A DNA stretch of 63,532 nt, filler included, from Octopus bimaculoides (taxonomy: Eukaryota): NCBI RefSeq assembly GCF_001194135.2. It is 10 parts of 9 records of this genome, joined end to end, with 100 filler letters (N's around TTAATTAATTAA, not from the genome) between each part and the next. Parts side by side here need not be neighbours in the genome. Positions count along the whole stretch, not along the records: positions 37,048 to 54,547 come from NC_068987.1; positions 54,648 to 56,508 come from NC_069008.1; positions 56,609 to 58,747 come from NW_026305842.1; positions 58,848 to 61,059 come from NW_026353668.1; positions 61,160 to 63,532 come from NC_069010.1; 5 more parts are not named here. The stretch is one strand, 5' to 3'. Positions 50,229 through 61,984 of this stretch are shown piece after piece. The first letter of the stretch is position 1. Each line of letters starts with the position of its first letter. A program made the translations under genes and the position numbers. Below the pieces are notes generated by a model. It had not been told where the DNA came from. It did not search any database and saw nothing but the letters and a program-made list of their open reading frames with translations.

Positions 50229-51059
50229 TTTAGCGTATTTGGCTCACAATCGTTAAGTCTTCAGTTCGATTCCCGTTAGCGCGTTCTTCTCTCCTTGAGC
50301 AAGACACTTTATTTCTTCATCCTCATGTTAATTCAGTTGGCAAAAATGAATAGCCCTTGTATTTCAAAGGGTCAGCCTTGTCACATTCTTTGTTACGCTA
50401 ATTCACGTTAATTTCACGAGCAGGTTGTTCCGTTGACCAGATCAACTGAAACACTCGTCCTCGTAAGCGACGGAGTGCCACTTTATGTATATTCTTTTCT
50501 TCTTTGCTTTTATTTGTTTCAGTCATTTGACTGCGGCCATGCTAGGACAATTCTTTACTTTTTATGTCGAGCAAATCGACACCAGGACTTATTCTTTGTA
50601 AGCCTAGTACTTATTATATCAGTGTCTTTTGCCGAACTGCCAAGTTCGGCAAAAGAGTAAAGGGTACGTAAACACTCTAACATCGGCTATCAAGCGATGG
50701 TGGTGGTGGTGGTGGGAGAACAGAGACACACAGACATATGCATACATACATACATATATATACCACAGCCTTCTTTCAGTTTCTGTCTACAAAATCCATT
50801 TATAAAGCTTTGGTCGGCCCGGGGCTATAGTAGAAGACACTTGCCCAAGGTGCCACGCAATGGGACTGTACCTGGAACCATGTGGTTGGTAAGCAAGCTA
50901 CATACTACACACCTACTCCTGCGCTTATTATGTGTGTGTGCATGAAGATAAGTAAAGAATTATAAGCACTCTAGTTTCTGTAATTTTGTAAATCAAAGCC
51001 AAGAGTTGAATTATTGCATCATTTTTCTCCTTGCTTTTACGTGCTCTTCTTCCAGCAGT

Positions 51060-52070
51060 TCACAAGCTTGCTTTTTCCATCAGAGAAGAATGTTTTCGGC
51101 TGGTCGCACAACACTTACACACCGCTTCCCGCGCTACTTCTTCGTTCGTAACAAATCGACGACCAATTAAAGGATGTTTGTGCGGTCGAAACAGTTAATA
51201 GTCGGAAGGGGCGAGATTCGGACTGCATGCAGGGTATTCCAGCGACTCGGAACCCAGTTTTTCAATGGCACGATTTGTCGTGCAACAATAACACTTACTT
51301 TGACAATAGACGGCGTTTGGTACGAACTGCTGGTTTCAGTTTGTTGGCCAGCATTTCACGGTAACCTACACAGGTGACTGTAGACCCCTTTTCCAGGTAA
51401 TGTTCTGGTATATCCCCTTTTGCATTAAAGAAAAAAAAACGGTTAGCATCACTTCTGCAGAAGGAGTCTTCAATTTTTTTTCGCTTGCGATTCTGAGTGT
51501 TTCTACTCCATACTCTGCCTTTGGAGTCTGACTTAAAGTGATGGATCCAGGTCTCATCTCCCCTGATTATTGCCCCCCCCCCCAAAAAAAAAGAAAAAGT
51601 AAAGATTTTTGCCTTCATCGTAACAGCGGTGTAGTAAGCGTTGACATATCTCAACACGATTGCGCTTGTGCGCTTTAGTAAACTCTTTTCGTACTTATCT
51701 CGTACAGATTTTACGGAAACGAAGCTTGCCGAGAATAATTTCGCATGCAGAACCATAATTGATTTGAAGAGAACATACCACCTCATTGATGGTCACTCGT
51801 CGGTTCGCCAACCATCTCTTGAACTTGCTGAATCTTTACGTCAGTTGTGGAGGTTGATGAGCGTCATGCTCCCTCTTCGTGCTTCACGCTTGTTCGGCTA
51901 TTTTTTAAAGTTCTCGACCCACTCATACACACTTCTAGATGGTAGAGCGCTGTCTCCGTATTGAACTGAAAAATATTAGCCTCAGACCGGAAAAATTGAA
52001 CTATTGATCTCTGCTCTTCTTTGGTACACACTGCCAACAGAGCATCTATGTTTACTCTGATACACAAGAC
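51060..52070 (-). mobile_element. Decayed mariner transposase (DD34D type)
   Basis: GDETWIHHF, VLLLHD and YPACSPNLAPSDY motifs; N-terminus CTKEEQRSIVQFF; frameshifts and stops. Confidence 0.88.
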
Positions 52071-52181
52071 AGAAAACTAGCTGAGACCTCGGTTACGTAA
52101 TCACAAGCGCTGAAGGCAATGTGACTAACCGAAAGAAGGCTTTTTGTGGAAGTGTGGATAATTTTTACTTCCACCGTCTAT

Positions 52182-52513
52182 CAGGGGTTCTCAATGATAT
52201 TTTGTCTATGGACCCCTTTGATTACTGTTTTATTCTAAAGGACCCCCATAGCTATTCGATGTTTAAAAACTAGTTTTACAGAAATTTTTTTTTCAAAATT
52301 CCTATTTTGTTTTTCACACGTTCACTTGTGTAGGTTGAACAATGTAAAATATTAGAGAAAGAAACCTAACTGTTTCTTGCAATACGTACAAATACATTTG
52401 TCTAAAACAAAATTATTTCAGATGCCCTTAAAATACTATTGTTGATCCTTAATTTACTGTTTGCTGCATGGATCCCACCAAAATCTTATATGGACGCTAA
52501 CTGAGAACCACTG
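52182..52513. mobile_element. hAT (Charlie-like) MITE
   Basis: Termini CAGGGGTTCTCAA ... CTGAGAACCACTG. A related inverted fragment lies near 35975-36110. Confidence 0.65.
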
Positions 52514-52946
52514 GTTTATATATACGAAGTGCTTATACACAGTTTCTGTCTTTCAAATTCACTCACAAGGCATTGGTCGGTTGGGAGCTGTAGTAAAAAG
52601 ACCAAATGGATCTTTGAATTGAAGGTCCAATCCATTTGATAGGCTTCCAAATAAATATATATCCAATTGCGCTTCTGTCCACTTTCGCCCATATACCTTA
52701 GGTCGACCCGAGGTTATATAGTAAAAGGACACTTGCCCAAGATGCCTTCCAAGGAATCGAATCTATGACGTCGGCATTGCGAAGCTAACTTCTTACCCAT
52801 TGGGCCATGATGCGCTCACTGGTTTTCAACTTGCACGCCATATTCAACTTGCTCGCCCTCTTCTGCGCATGTCACTGTCTTTCTCTCTCTCTCTTCTTCC
52901 CTCCCTTTCTCCCTCCCACTCTCTCGCTGTTTTCATGTCAGTTTTC

Positions 52947-53005
<59 letters not shown>

Positions 53006-53069
53006 CTTAACTACCTATCTGTCTATATCAGTCTCTCTCCCCATAGGCGTACATGTGTGTGTGTGTGTG

Positions 53070-53127
<58 letters not shown>

Positions 53128-53281
53128 ACTGGATGTCTGTATGTCTGTCTGTCTGTCTCACACATTCACGCACATACACACACCCTCTCTTTTTTTTCAC
53201 ACACACTCACATACATTCTCACTCACGCATTCGCACACTTATACGCGCACACTCTCTCACACACATACACATACGAACGTA

Positions 53282-53354
<73 letters not shown>

Positions 53355-53429
53355 GCACATTTACATATACACACAATCTCTCTCCCTCTCTCACACACAC
53401 ACACACACACATATCCACTCACACTCACA

Positions 53430-53464
<35 letters not shown>

Positions 53465-53784
53465 TCTCTCTCTCACTCCCTCTCACCACACTAACACACA
53501 TACACACACACATCCACTCACACTCATCACGCACACACACATACACACACACACACACACACTGTAAAAGATAAACATATATGCTTATTACTGCAAATTT
53601 GAGACCGATTATTTATTCTTTTATAATAGGAGGAGGGAGATGGGTTTTACTTAACGTCTATAGGTATCATAGCAAGATCTTGAAGTGATATATCAAAGCG
53701 TAGAGACATGTATGTGATCAACTAAAAATATGTGTGCGTGCGCGTGTGTACGGGCGTATGCGAGTGTGTGTGTGTACGTGTACG

Positions 53785-53816
<32 letters not shown>

Positions 53817-54184
53817 GGCGTGCAACTGACAATAAACCAGTGTTAGGACGCAAAAATGACACTTCTTTATTTTGGCGTCTACGGCACGTTCAGACCCGTC
53901 CGCTTCGAGTGTACCTCTATTAAGATAGGGGGGAGCAGATAAGATATTCAATAGCCAATGAAACGGGGCTATTTGAAGGCATATATCTATAGCGCATTGT
54001 AATTTATACGAGTGTTTGCATTGTATGTTGTGTGTGTGTGTGTGTTTGTCTGTGTGAATATATATATATGTGTGTGTGTGTGTGTGTTTGTGTGAGTATA
54101 CACACGCCCATATATGTGTATATACATATACATATACACACATACATATATGATTGTATGTAAAGTACTGTGAATATATATATA

Positions 54185-54547
54185 TCTATACTATAAAAGG
54201 CAAATCTACTCTGTGTGTGTGTATGTTTAAAATTCATACATTTACACAATTCCAAATTTTTTCGATTAAACAATCGCAATTAATATTCTAAATACAATAA
54301 GTTAGGTCACTGCGTCATTTTTTCACTCCAAAAAATTCCTAATAGCGAATAAAATCCTTAAAACTACACAAGTAAACATTTTCTCCCTAATAAAATCAAA
54401 TTTCCTCTTTCTAATACAAATCCTTTCAACTACTTTCTCTTAATGAGCCTTTACGAAAAATCCAACAACAAATACAAAAATAAAGGAAGGAGAAAAAGAA
54501 AACTATTTCAGTATCAAATCACATTTCGATACTATAATGACAGATAC
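54185..54547 (+). mobile_element. Helitron-like non-autonomous element, 5' part, truncated by a gap
   Basis: A|TCTATACTATAAAAGG...GTGTGTGT start; distal block shared with 9310-9346. Confidence 0.45.
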
Positions 54548-55924
54548 NNNNNNNNNNNNNNNNNNNNNNNNNNNNNNNNNNNNNNNNNNNNTTAATTAAT
54601 TAANNNNNNNNNNNNNNNNNNNNNNNNNNNNNNNNNNNNNNNNNNNNTGTATCTAGGACTACATTATCTAATGTATCCTTCTTGGCTCAAGGCATTAGGG
54701 TATGAGCTGCTGTTTCTTGCATGGTGTGTGATCGGGTATAAGTTCCCTCGATGGCGCGGGGGTGGGATGGGGGTGGGAGGAAAAGGAATAGAAGACACAA
54801 CGTGGTGGTGGAAGAGGTGGAGTTTGTTTTGGTGTCGGCGATGGTGGTGGTGGTGGTGGTGCCGCCCAGTGGTGGCTGGACGGAGGGGGAGGAGAAGGTA
54901 GAGGTAGGTGAGATTGAAGTGGAATGTTGAAGTTGCCATGGATACATCATTGACATTATACATCCGGGTAGGCTGTGAAATGTCAGTCGGGTACATTGCC
55001 GGGTGTGGGTGAATGCGTGGGTGGCTATCTGAACCATCTTGTTTGGATGAAGGACAGCCACAGTCTGTCTGCCTGTCTGTCTGTGTATATGAATGTACGT
55101 ATGTATACATGCGTGTATACATGTGTATAGATGCGTGTATATATGTGTCTATGTGTATATGTGTAGACATATTCATTTATTCTTTTATTTTTTAAAATTA
55201 TTTGACTGCGGCCATGCTGGAGCACCGCCGAAAAGTGTTTTCGTCGAAGAAATCGACCCCAGGACTTATTCGTCGTAAGCCTAGTCATTGGACGGAGCAA
55301 CGTAAAATGAAGTGTTTTGCTCAAGAAGACGACACACCACCTGGTCTGGGTATCGAAACCGTAACCACGCAGTCTTGAGTGCATAGCTGGATCATCTTCC
55401 ATCATAGAAACGTTGGATCAGGACTGACCCAGGGTTAAACAACGCCAATTATTGTTTCAGTAGAATTTTCACAGATGATGAAATGAATTAACATTGTTTC
55501 GTCCCTAATCGATAATCCATCAATATTCCAATTGATGGAATATTGACCAATTATTGATAATCCATAATAGTTTATCGCTACATCTGGACATAATTCCATA
55601 TTCTTAATTTACCTGCCGGACCGTACTGTGCCGTGGTCAATATATGTGTACCTGTGTTGATGTGTGTGTATGTTCATATGTATTCATGGACATAGATAGA
55701 TAGATAGATAGATAGGTACGTACGTACGTACGTACGTAGATGGTGGGTGGGTGAGTGGGTGGGTGGATGGAGGGAGGAAGGACAAACATTTGAAGACTTT
55801 CGTCAAAAAAGAATGACAAAGGCAGAAATATCGAACGTGTATCTTTAAAACGGAGTTTATGAGAATAAAGAGTGATAGAATGAAGTAGAGAATATCAGAA
55901 ACAGTAGGCTGCAAGAGACGGTTC

Positions 55925-55960
55925 CTTTCTGCTGAAGAGCGTAGGCTCGAAACGTAAAAG
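55925..55960 (+). ncRNA. Variant hammerhead-like motif in a Penelope-type repeat end
   Basis: CTGAA-GAGC-GTAG-GCTC-GAAA-CGTA. Stem II overlaps G8/A9, ACGT is palindromic, and stem I is weak. Confidence 0.35.
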
Positions 55961-56096
55961 ACTTCCTCACTTTCCCAACCGTCAAACTAATACACCTGCT
56001 TGTTGTTCATACACCCGTCTTTGTCTTTTGTTTTTTTTCAGAAAACAGGATTTTCGGGCGTTGAACATTACGCCGATCGATGAGTTTTACTCCCGA

Positions 56097-56139
<43 letters not shown>

Positions 56140-56608
56140 GTAGTAGTAGTAGTAGTAGTAGTTAAATAAAATAACTTCCAGTTGTTTACAGTCAAGCAAT
56201 CGCTAACGACGAACACTCATACTTGCCCAGACAAAAATGTGTGTGTATGCATACACACACACGTATATGTATATATATATATATATATATATAAACAATA
56301 TAAGAGTATATGCATATATATGTACATGTATGTATACACGTTCATCCACATGTACATATAGATACATAACTGGGTACATGACGTGGCAAAAGAACAAGGA
56401 CAAAAATGGTAAACAAGGTGCAACAAACAAGCAGGCCACATAGAAACATCCCCTTCATCAGCTGCCACCATTAAAACTCCGGCGTTTCGAAGAATTAAGG
56501 CAGTACGCNNNNNNNNNNNNNNNNNNNNNNNNNNNNNNNNNNNNNNNNNNNNTTAATTAATTAANNNNNNNNNNNNNNNNNNNNNNNNNNNNNNNNNNNN
56601 NNNNNNNN

Positions 56609-56647
<39 letters not shown>

Positions 56648-56959
56648 TAAATGTATGTGTATTTTTTCAATGTATACAGATGACAACGAAAAAAATAAAT
56701 AGTTACCAGGGTAGCAAAAATTCACATAAGTGCCAAGGATATTACAGCCTACTTATAAAGGTAGAAATTTCAGGGTTAAGTGAAATGTTTTTGTTTAATA
56801 TGGATAAATTAAGAAATGGAGTCAAGCGCAGGTGTTATTCAAATCATACTTCAAACATATGTTTCCAAGAAAGCACTGAGATTATTCCGGAGGGAATAAA
56901 AATGATGTAAAACAATGCAATCATCTCGTCAGGGGGGGAAAGAGAAACGAAACACATCA

Positions 56960-58620
56960 ATAAGCCATTTTAACAGGTAGGTTTGAAGGATTAGGAATAA
57001 GCTGAATAACAATAAGTCTTGAAATATGGGGGTGACAAAATATTTGAACTCTTAAATATATTAATTTGTTATTGTTGGAGAACTGAGAAAGTGCCTCAAG
57101 ACTGGATTGATGCCATTTTAGTCTCCTTGTATAAATCAGGGCCAAAGGATCTGTGTGGTAATTTTCGTGGGATTTCGCTTTTGTCTGTGTTTGAAAAGGT
57201 ACTTGCCTACATTTTGTTAGAACGTTTAAATACCTTCATAGTTCCAAATATAGTGTCTGAGTCTCAGTGTAGTTTTCGTTCCTCCAGAGGCACAGCTGAT
57301 GGCATCTTTACTATCAGACAATTACAAGAAAAGTGCATTGAACAGAATCATGCTCTATACCATTGCTTTGTTGATTTGAGCAAAGCATTCGATACTGTTA
57401 ATCGAAATGCTCTGTTGCTAATTCTAAGGAAAATAGGTTGCTCAGAAAAATTTGTAAACATGATCAGGGCTTTTCATCAAGATATGAAAGCTAGAGTTAA
57501 CTTTGGTGGAAGGCTCTCTGAATCTTTTGCCGTGGAAAATGGATTAAAGCAAGGAGACCTTGATGCACCCACTCTCTTTGCAATATACTTTGCGGTTGTA
57601 TTGTCGCATGCTTTTCAAAACTCTAAGGAAGTTATTTACATAAAATATCGAACAACAGGGAATGTTTTTAATCTGACCAGACTGAAATTCAAAAATGATG
57701 GTTTTCACTTCACTCATTAGGGAACTTTATATGCTGACGATTGCGATCTTATCAGTCATTCTGATACAGGTCTGCAATCTCTTGTGTCTGCATTTGACTC
57801 AGCTTGTGATGATTTTGGCTTGACCATCAACTTGAAAAAAAAACAGTTGTAATGCATCAACTTGCGTGTGGTGTTTGTAACCCCACTAAAATTTTTGTTA
57901 AGGATAAGTTACTTGAGGTTGTCGATTTGTTCATCTACTTTCGAAGCTCTGTACACAATGATGGAAATCTTGATACAGAAATACATCTGCAAATTCAAAG
58001 GGCAGCAAAAGCATTTGGTGGCTTGGAGTTACGCGTTTGGTGCCAGCGACATATAAATAAGAATACAAACCTGATTCTTTACAAATCGTTTGTCTTACCA
58101 TCCCTGTTGTATTCTTGTGAAACATGGACTTGTTATGAAAGGCATTTTAAATTGTTAGAACAATTCCACCAAAAATGCCGTCATCGCATTTTAAACATTA
58201 AATGGAGTTATTTTACTCCAAACACAGATGTCCTTGCATCTGCAGGCATCATCTCAATTAAAGCTATGATTTTGAGAAACCAAATGAGATGGTGTGGCCA
58301 TATTGTTCGAATGGCGGATGAACGCATGCCGAAACAGCTGTTTTGTAGTGAGCATGCAGAGGGGAAATGCTACCGGCAAAAACCTAAAAAAAAAGGTTTA
58401 AGGACGGTATAAGGACTACTATGAAGTCGCTTGGAATGGATCCAGAAGACATAGAAACCCTTGCTTCGGATAGAGCTGGATGGCGAACGAAAGTGTGGAG
58501 TGGAGTGAAAGCGTTTGAAGAGGCCAGGATAACGTATGTAAGACTCAAAAGAGATCTAAGGAAGAATGTTACGATCGAGAAGGTGAATAACAATGACCTT
58601 TTAGTGTGCAGTTTGTGACA
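56960..58620 (+). mobile_element. RTE-clade LINE, 5'-truncated, degenerate reverse transcriptase
   Basis: VPQDWIDAILVSLYK, RGISLLSVFEK, FRSSRGTAD, FVDLSKAFDTVNR, GLKQGD, LYADD (57730-57741), PSLLYSCETW, MRWCGHIVRM. Stop at 57718 and frameshifts. Confidence 0.95.
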
Positions 58621-59059
58621 GACCATGCCTTTCTTTTGCTGGGCTCAGATCTCATTTGAGAACCCATGGAAAACAAACCTATGTATTTGGGTGACTGTTC
58701 AGAACATTGTCTGGTTTAAAAAGCCATATCAGATGCCATGATGGTTCNNNNNNNNNNNNNNNNNNNNNNNNNNNNNNNNNNNNNNNNNNNNTTAATTAAT
58801 TAANNNNNNNNNNNNNNNNNNNNNNNNNNNNNNNNNNNNNNNNNNNNTGTGTATGTGTGTATTTCTTGTAAATTATTTGGATTTGAACCAATGTATACCA
58901 TGTTGGCGTCGCAATGCCAAATATTACATTTTATACCGACAATATATTTTATGCGATGATCGGGGAACTTTAATACACGGCGGCTCGGAATATTATAAAT
59001 AGAAACCAATGTAAACATGTTAAGTGCCTCTGCTGCAATAGGATTGAAAACCATTATGC

Positions 59060-59375
59060 CGATGATGATGATGATGATGATGATGATGATACAGGTGATG
59101 AGTAAAAAAGAAAGTGGATGACAACGATGAGGATGGTGACAACGATGATGACGAAGACGATGACTATGATGCTGATGAGGAGGATGATGAAATGATGATG
59201 ATGAAATTATGATGATGATGACATCGATGACGACGACGAAGATGATGATGATGACGATGATGATGATAATGATGATGACGACCATAATAACGATGATGAT
59301 GATGAAGATGATGAAACTGATGTTGATAATGACGATGATGGTGATGATGAAGATAATGATAATAATGTTGATGCT
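59060..59375. repeat. Imperfect (GAT)n low-complexity tract; others at 40520-40675 and 24676-24760
   Basis: Direct reading. Confidence 0.9.
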
Positions 59376-61906
59376 CCGACTTCATGATAAATATATATAC
59401 ATATATATTTCATATATATTATACCTATATCCTAAACACACACATACACATATATGTACATACACACAGAAATACATATACGTACATACACACACACACA
59501 TATATTTACATAGATGTGCATAGACTAAGGTGATGCCGATGATGGCTTTATGAAGGTGCTAATGACAGTGGTAAGACAGAACGTCAGGTTTTAAAGCTAA
59601 CAGGAGAGAATGNNNNNNNNNNNNNNNNNNNNNNNNNNNNNNNNNNNNNNNNNNNNNNNNNNNNNNNNNNNNNNNNNNNNNNNNNNNNNNNNNNNNNNNN
59701 NNNNNNNNNNNNNNNNNNNNNNNNNNNNNNNNNNNNNNNNNNNNNNNNNNNNNNNNNNNNNNNNNNNNNNNNNNNNNNNNNNNNNNNNNNNNNNNNNNNN
59801 NNNNNNNNNNNNNNNNNNNNNNNNNNNNNNNNNNNNNNNNNNNNNNNNNNNNNNNNNNNNNNNNNNNNNNNNNNNNNNNNNNNNNNNNNNNNNNNNNNNN
59901 NNNNNNNNNNNNNNNNNNNNNNNNNNNNNNNNNNNNNNNNNNNNNNNNNNNNNNNNNNNNNNNNNNNNNNNNNNNNNNNNNNNNNNNNNNNNNNNNNNNN
60001 NNNNNNNNNNNNNNNNNNNNNNNNNNNNNNNNNNNNNNNNNNNNNNNNNNNNNNNNNNNNNNNNNNNNNNNNNNNNNNNNNNNNNNNNNNNNNNNNNNNN
60101 NNNNNNNNNNNNNNNNNNNNNNNNNNNNNNNNNNNNNNNNNNNNNNNNNNNNNNNNNNNNNNNNNNNNNNNNNNNNNNNNNNNNNNNNNNNNNNNNNNNN
60201 NNNNNNNNNNNNNNNNNNNNNNNNNNNNNNNNNNNNNNNNNNNNNNNNNNNNNNNNNNNNNNNNNNNNNNNNNNNNNNNNNNNNNNNNNNNNNNNNNNNN
60301 NNNNNNNNNNNNNNNNNNNNNNNNNNNNNNNNNNNNNNNNNNNNNNNNNNNNNNNNNNNNNNNNNNNNNNNNNNNNNNNNNNNNNNNNNNNNNNNNNNNN
60401 NNNNNNNNNNNNNNNNNNNNNNNNNNNNNNNNNNNNNNNNNNNNNNNNNNNNNNNNNNNNNNNNNNNNNNNNNNNNNNNNNNNNNNNNNNNNNNNNNNNN
60501 NNNNNNNNNNNNNNNNNNNNNNNNNNNNNNNNNNNNNNNNTATATATATATATATATATATACATATATATATACATATATATATATGCATATATATATA
60601 GATATACATAAACATATATATACATATATATCCCTCTATCTATCCATAATCTAGATAGATGGATAGATACATACATACAATATATATGTATAGTTAATAT
60701 ACATTTCAGATTATATAAGCCAATATATGTAACATCAACTACAGTAATATATATATATATGCATATATTAGTACGTTTGTATATTTTTATAACACATATG
60801 CATAAATGTAGAGCTGTGTCCTGGAAAAATATGTTTGTATTTAAGCACTTATATATCTATGAATCTGTGTACGTATACATGCATATATGTATGCATGTAT
60901 GTATGTATGTCAATGTAAATAGATTTTAATATATGTATTTATATACATGTTGATGGAAAGACAGATAGCTAGTATTATAGATTAGATTATGATACATAAT
61001 TTGATATAAACATATAAAAATATATATGTATATTAGTATATACTTACATATATATATATNNNNNNNNNNNNNNNNNNNNNNNNNNNNNNNNNNNNNNNNN
61101 NNNTTAATTAATTAANNNNNNNNNNNNNNNNNNNNNNNNNNNNNNNNNNNNNNNNNNNNTGTGTGTATAATGAAACAGGAAAGTAGAAATTTTTTTATAT
61201 TATTTAGTCACCATTACATGTGTTTCATTTACTAATAGGAATTACTAAGTTTTACATGTTAAGTAGACACGAAAAGAATTTTCTCTTAGAAAATCTTCAG
61301 AATGAGAAATTAAATAATACAGAGAGTATGTGTGGGTGACAGGTCTATATTTAGATATTAATCAGGAGCAACACAGATAATCTCCGTGAAGGAAAAAAAA
61401 GTGAGAGTGACACACACATTTTTTGTAAGCCTAGTACTTATTCTATTGGTCTCTTTTGCTGAACCGCTATGTTACGGGGATGTAAACACCCCAACACTGG
61501 TTGTCAAACGGTGGTGGGGTGGGGAGTCGGACAGATACACACACACACACAGATATATTAGGGGTTTCCATCTACGAAATCCACTAACAAAGCTTTGGTT
61601 GGCCTGGGGGTTTATTGTAGAAGACACTTTGCGCAAGGTGTCACACAGTGGGACTGTGTGACACCTGGGAACCATGTGGTTGGGATGCAACCTTCCTACC
61701 ACACAGCCATGTGCCTGCATAGATGATTTTTTTTCTCTGTTCTCTATGCACACGATGAATTATGTATACATAAATGAATACACCCACATGTGCGCATGCA
61801 TGTGTGTGTGTGTGAATGTACGTGGCTATGGATATGGGTCCGTTTGGCCCAGAAAACACATATCTGTGAGCTGCGTCATTTTTTTTGTTTCTGTTTTTCT
61901 TTCAAA

Positions 61907-61916
61907 AAAAGGATAC
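61907..61916 (-). other. U12-type (minor spliceosome) 5' splice site GTATCCTTTT
   Basis: Immediately follows the NF-YB exon and matches the U12 consensus RTATCCTTT exactly. Confidence 0.85.
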
Positions 61917-61984
61917 TCGCTTGTGATAAAACTTATAAATTCTGAAACACATTCCTGTACACATTCTTTAGCATCTTTAGCAAT
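61917..61984 (-). CDS. NFYB: Nuclear transcription factor Y subunit beta (CBF-A/HAP3), histone-fold exon (68 bp): [22 protein letters not shown](E)
   Basis: Peptide is the near-invariant NF-YB helix-2 signature. Long pyrimidine tract ending ttcag| upstream; donor GA|GTATCCTTT downstream. Confidence 0.95.

Noticed and set aside
9391-61115. TTAATTAATTAA embedded in N runs nine times (9391, 20595, 26614, 28623, 36992, 54592, 56553, 58792, 61104)
   Set aside because: It is an identical 12-mer, always centred in gaps, with stops in all six frames. This is an artificial scaffolding linker, not biology.
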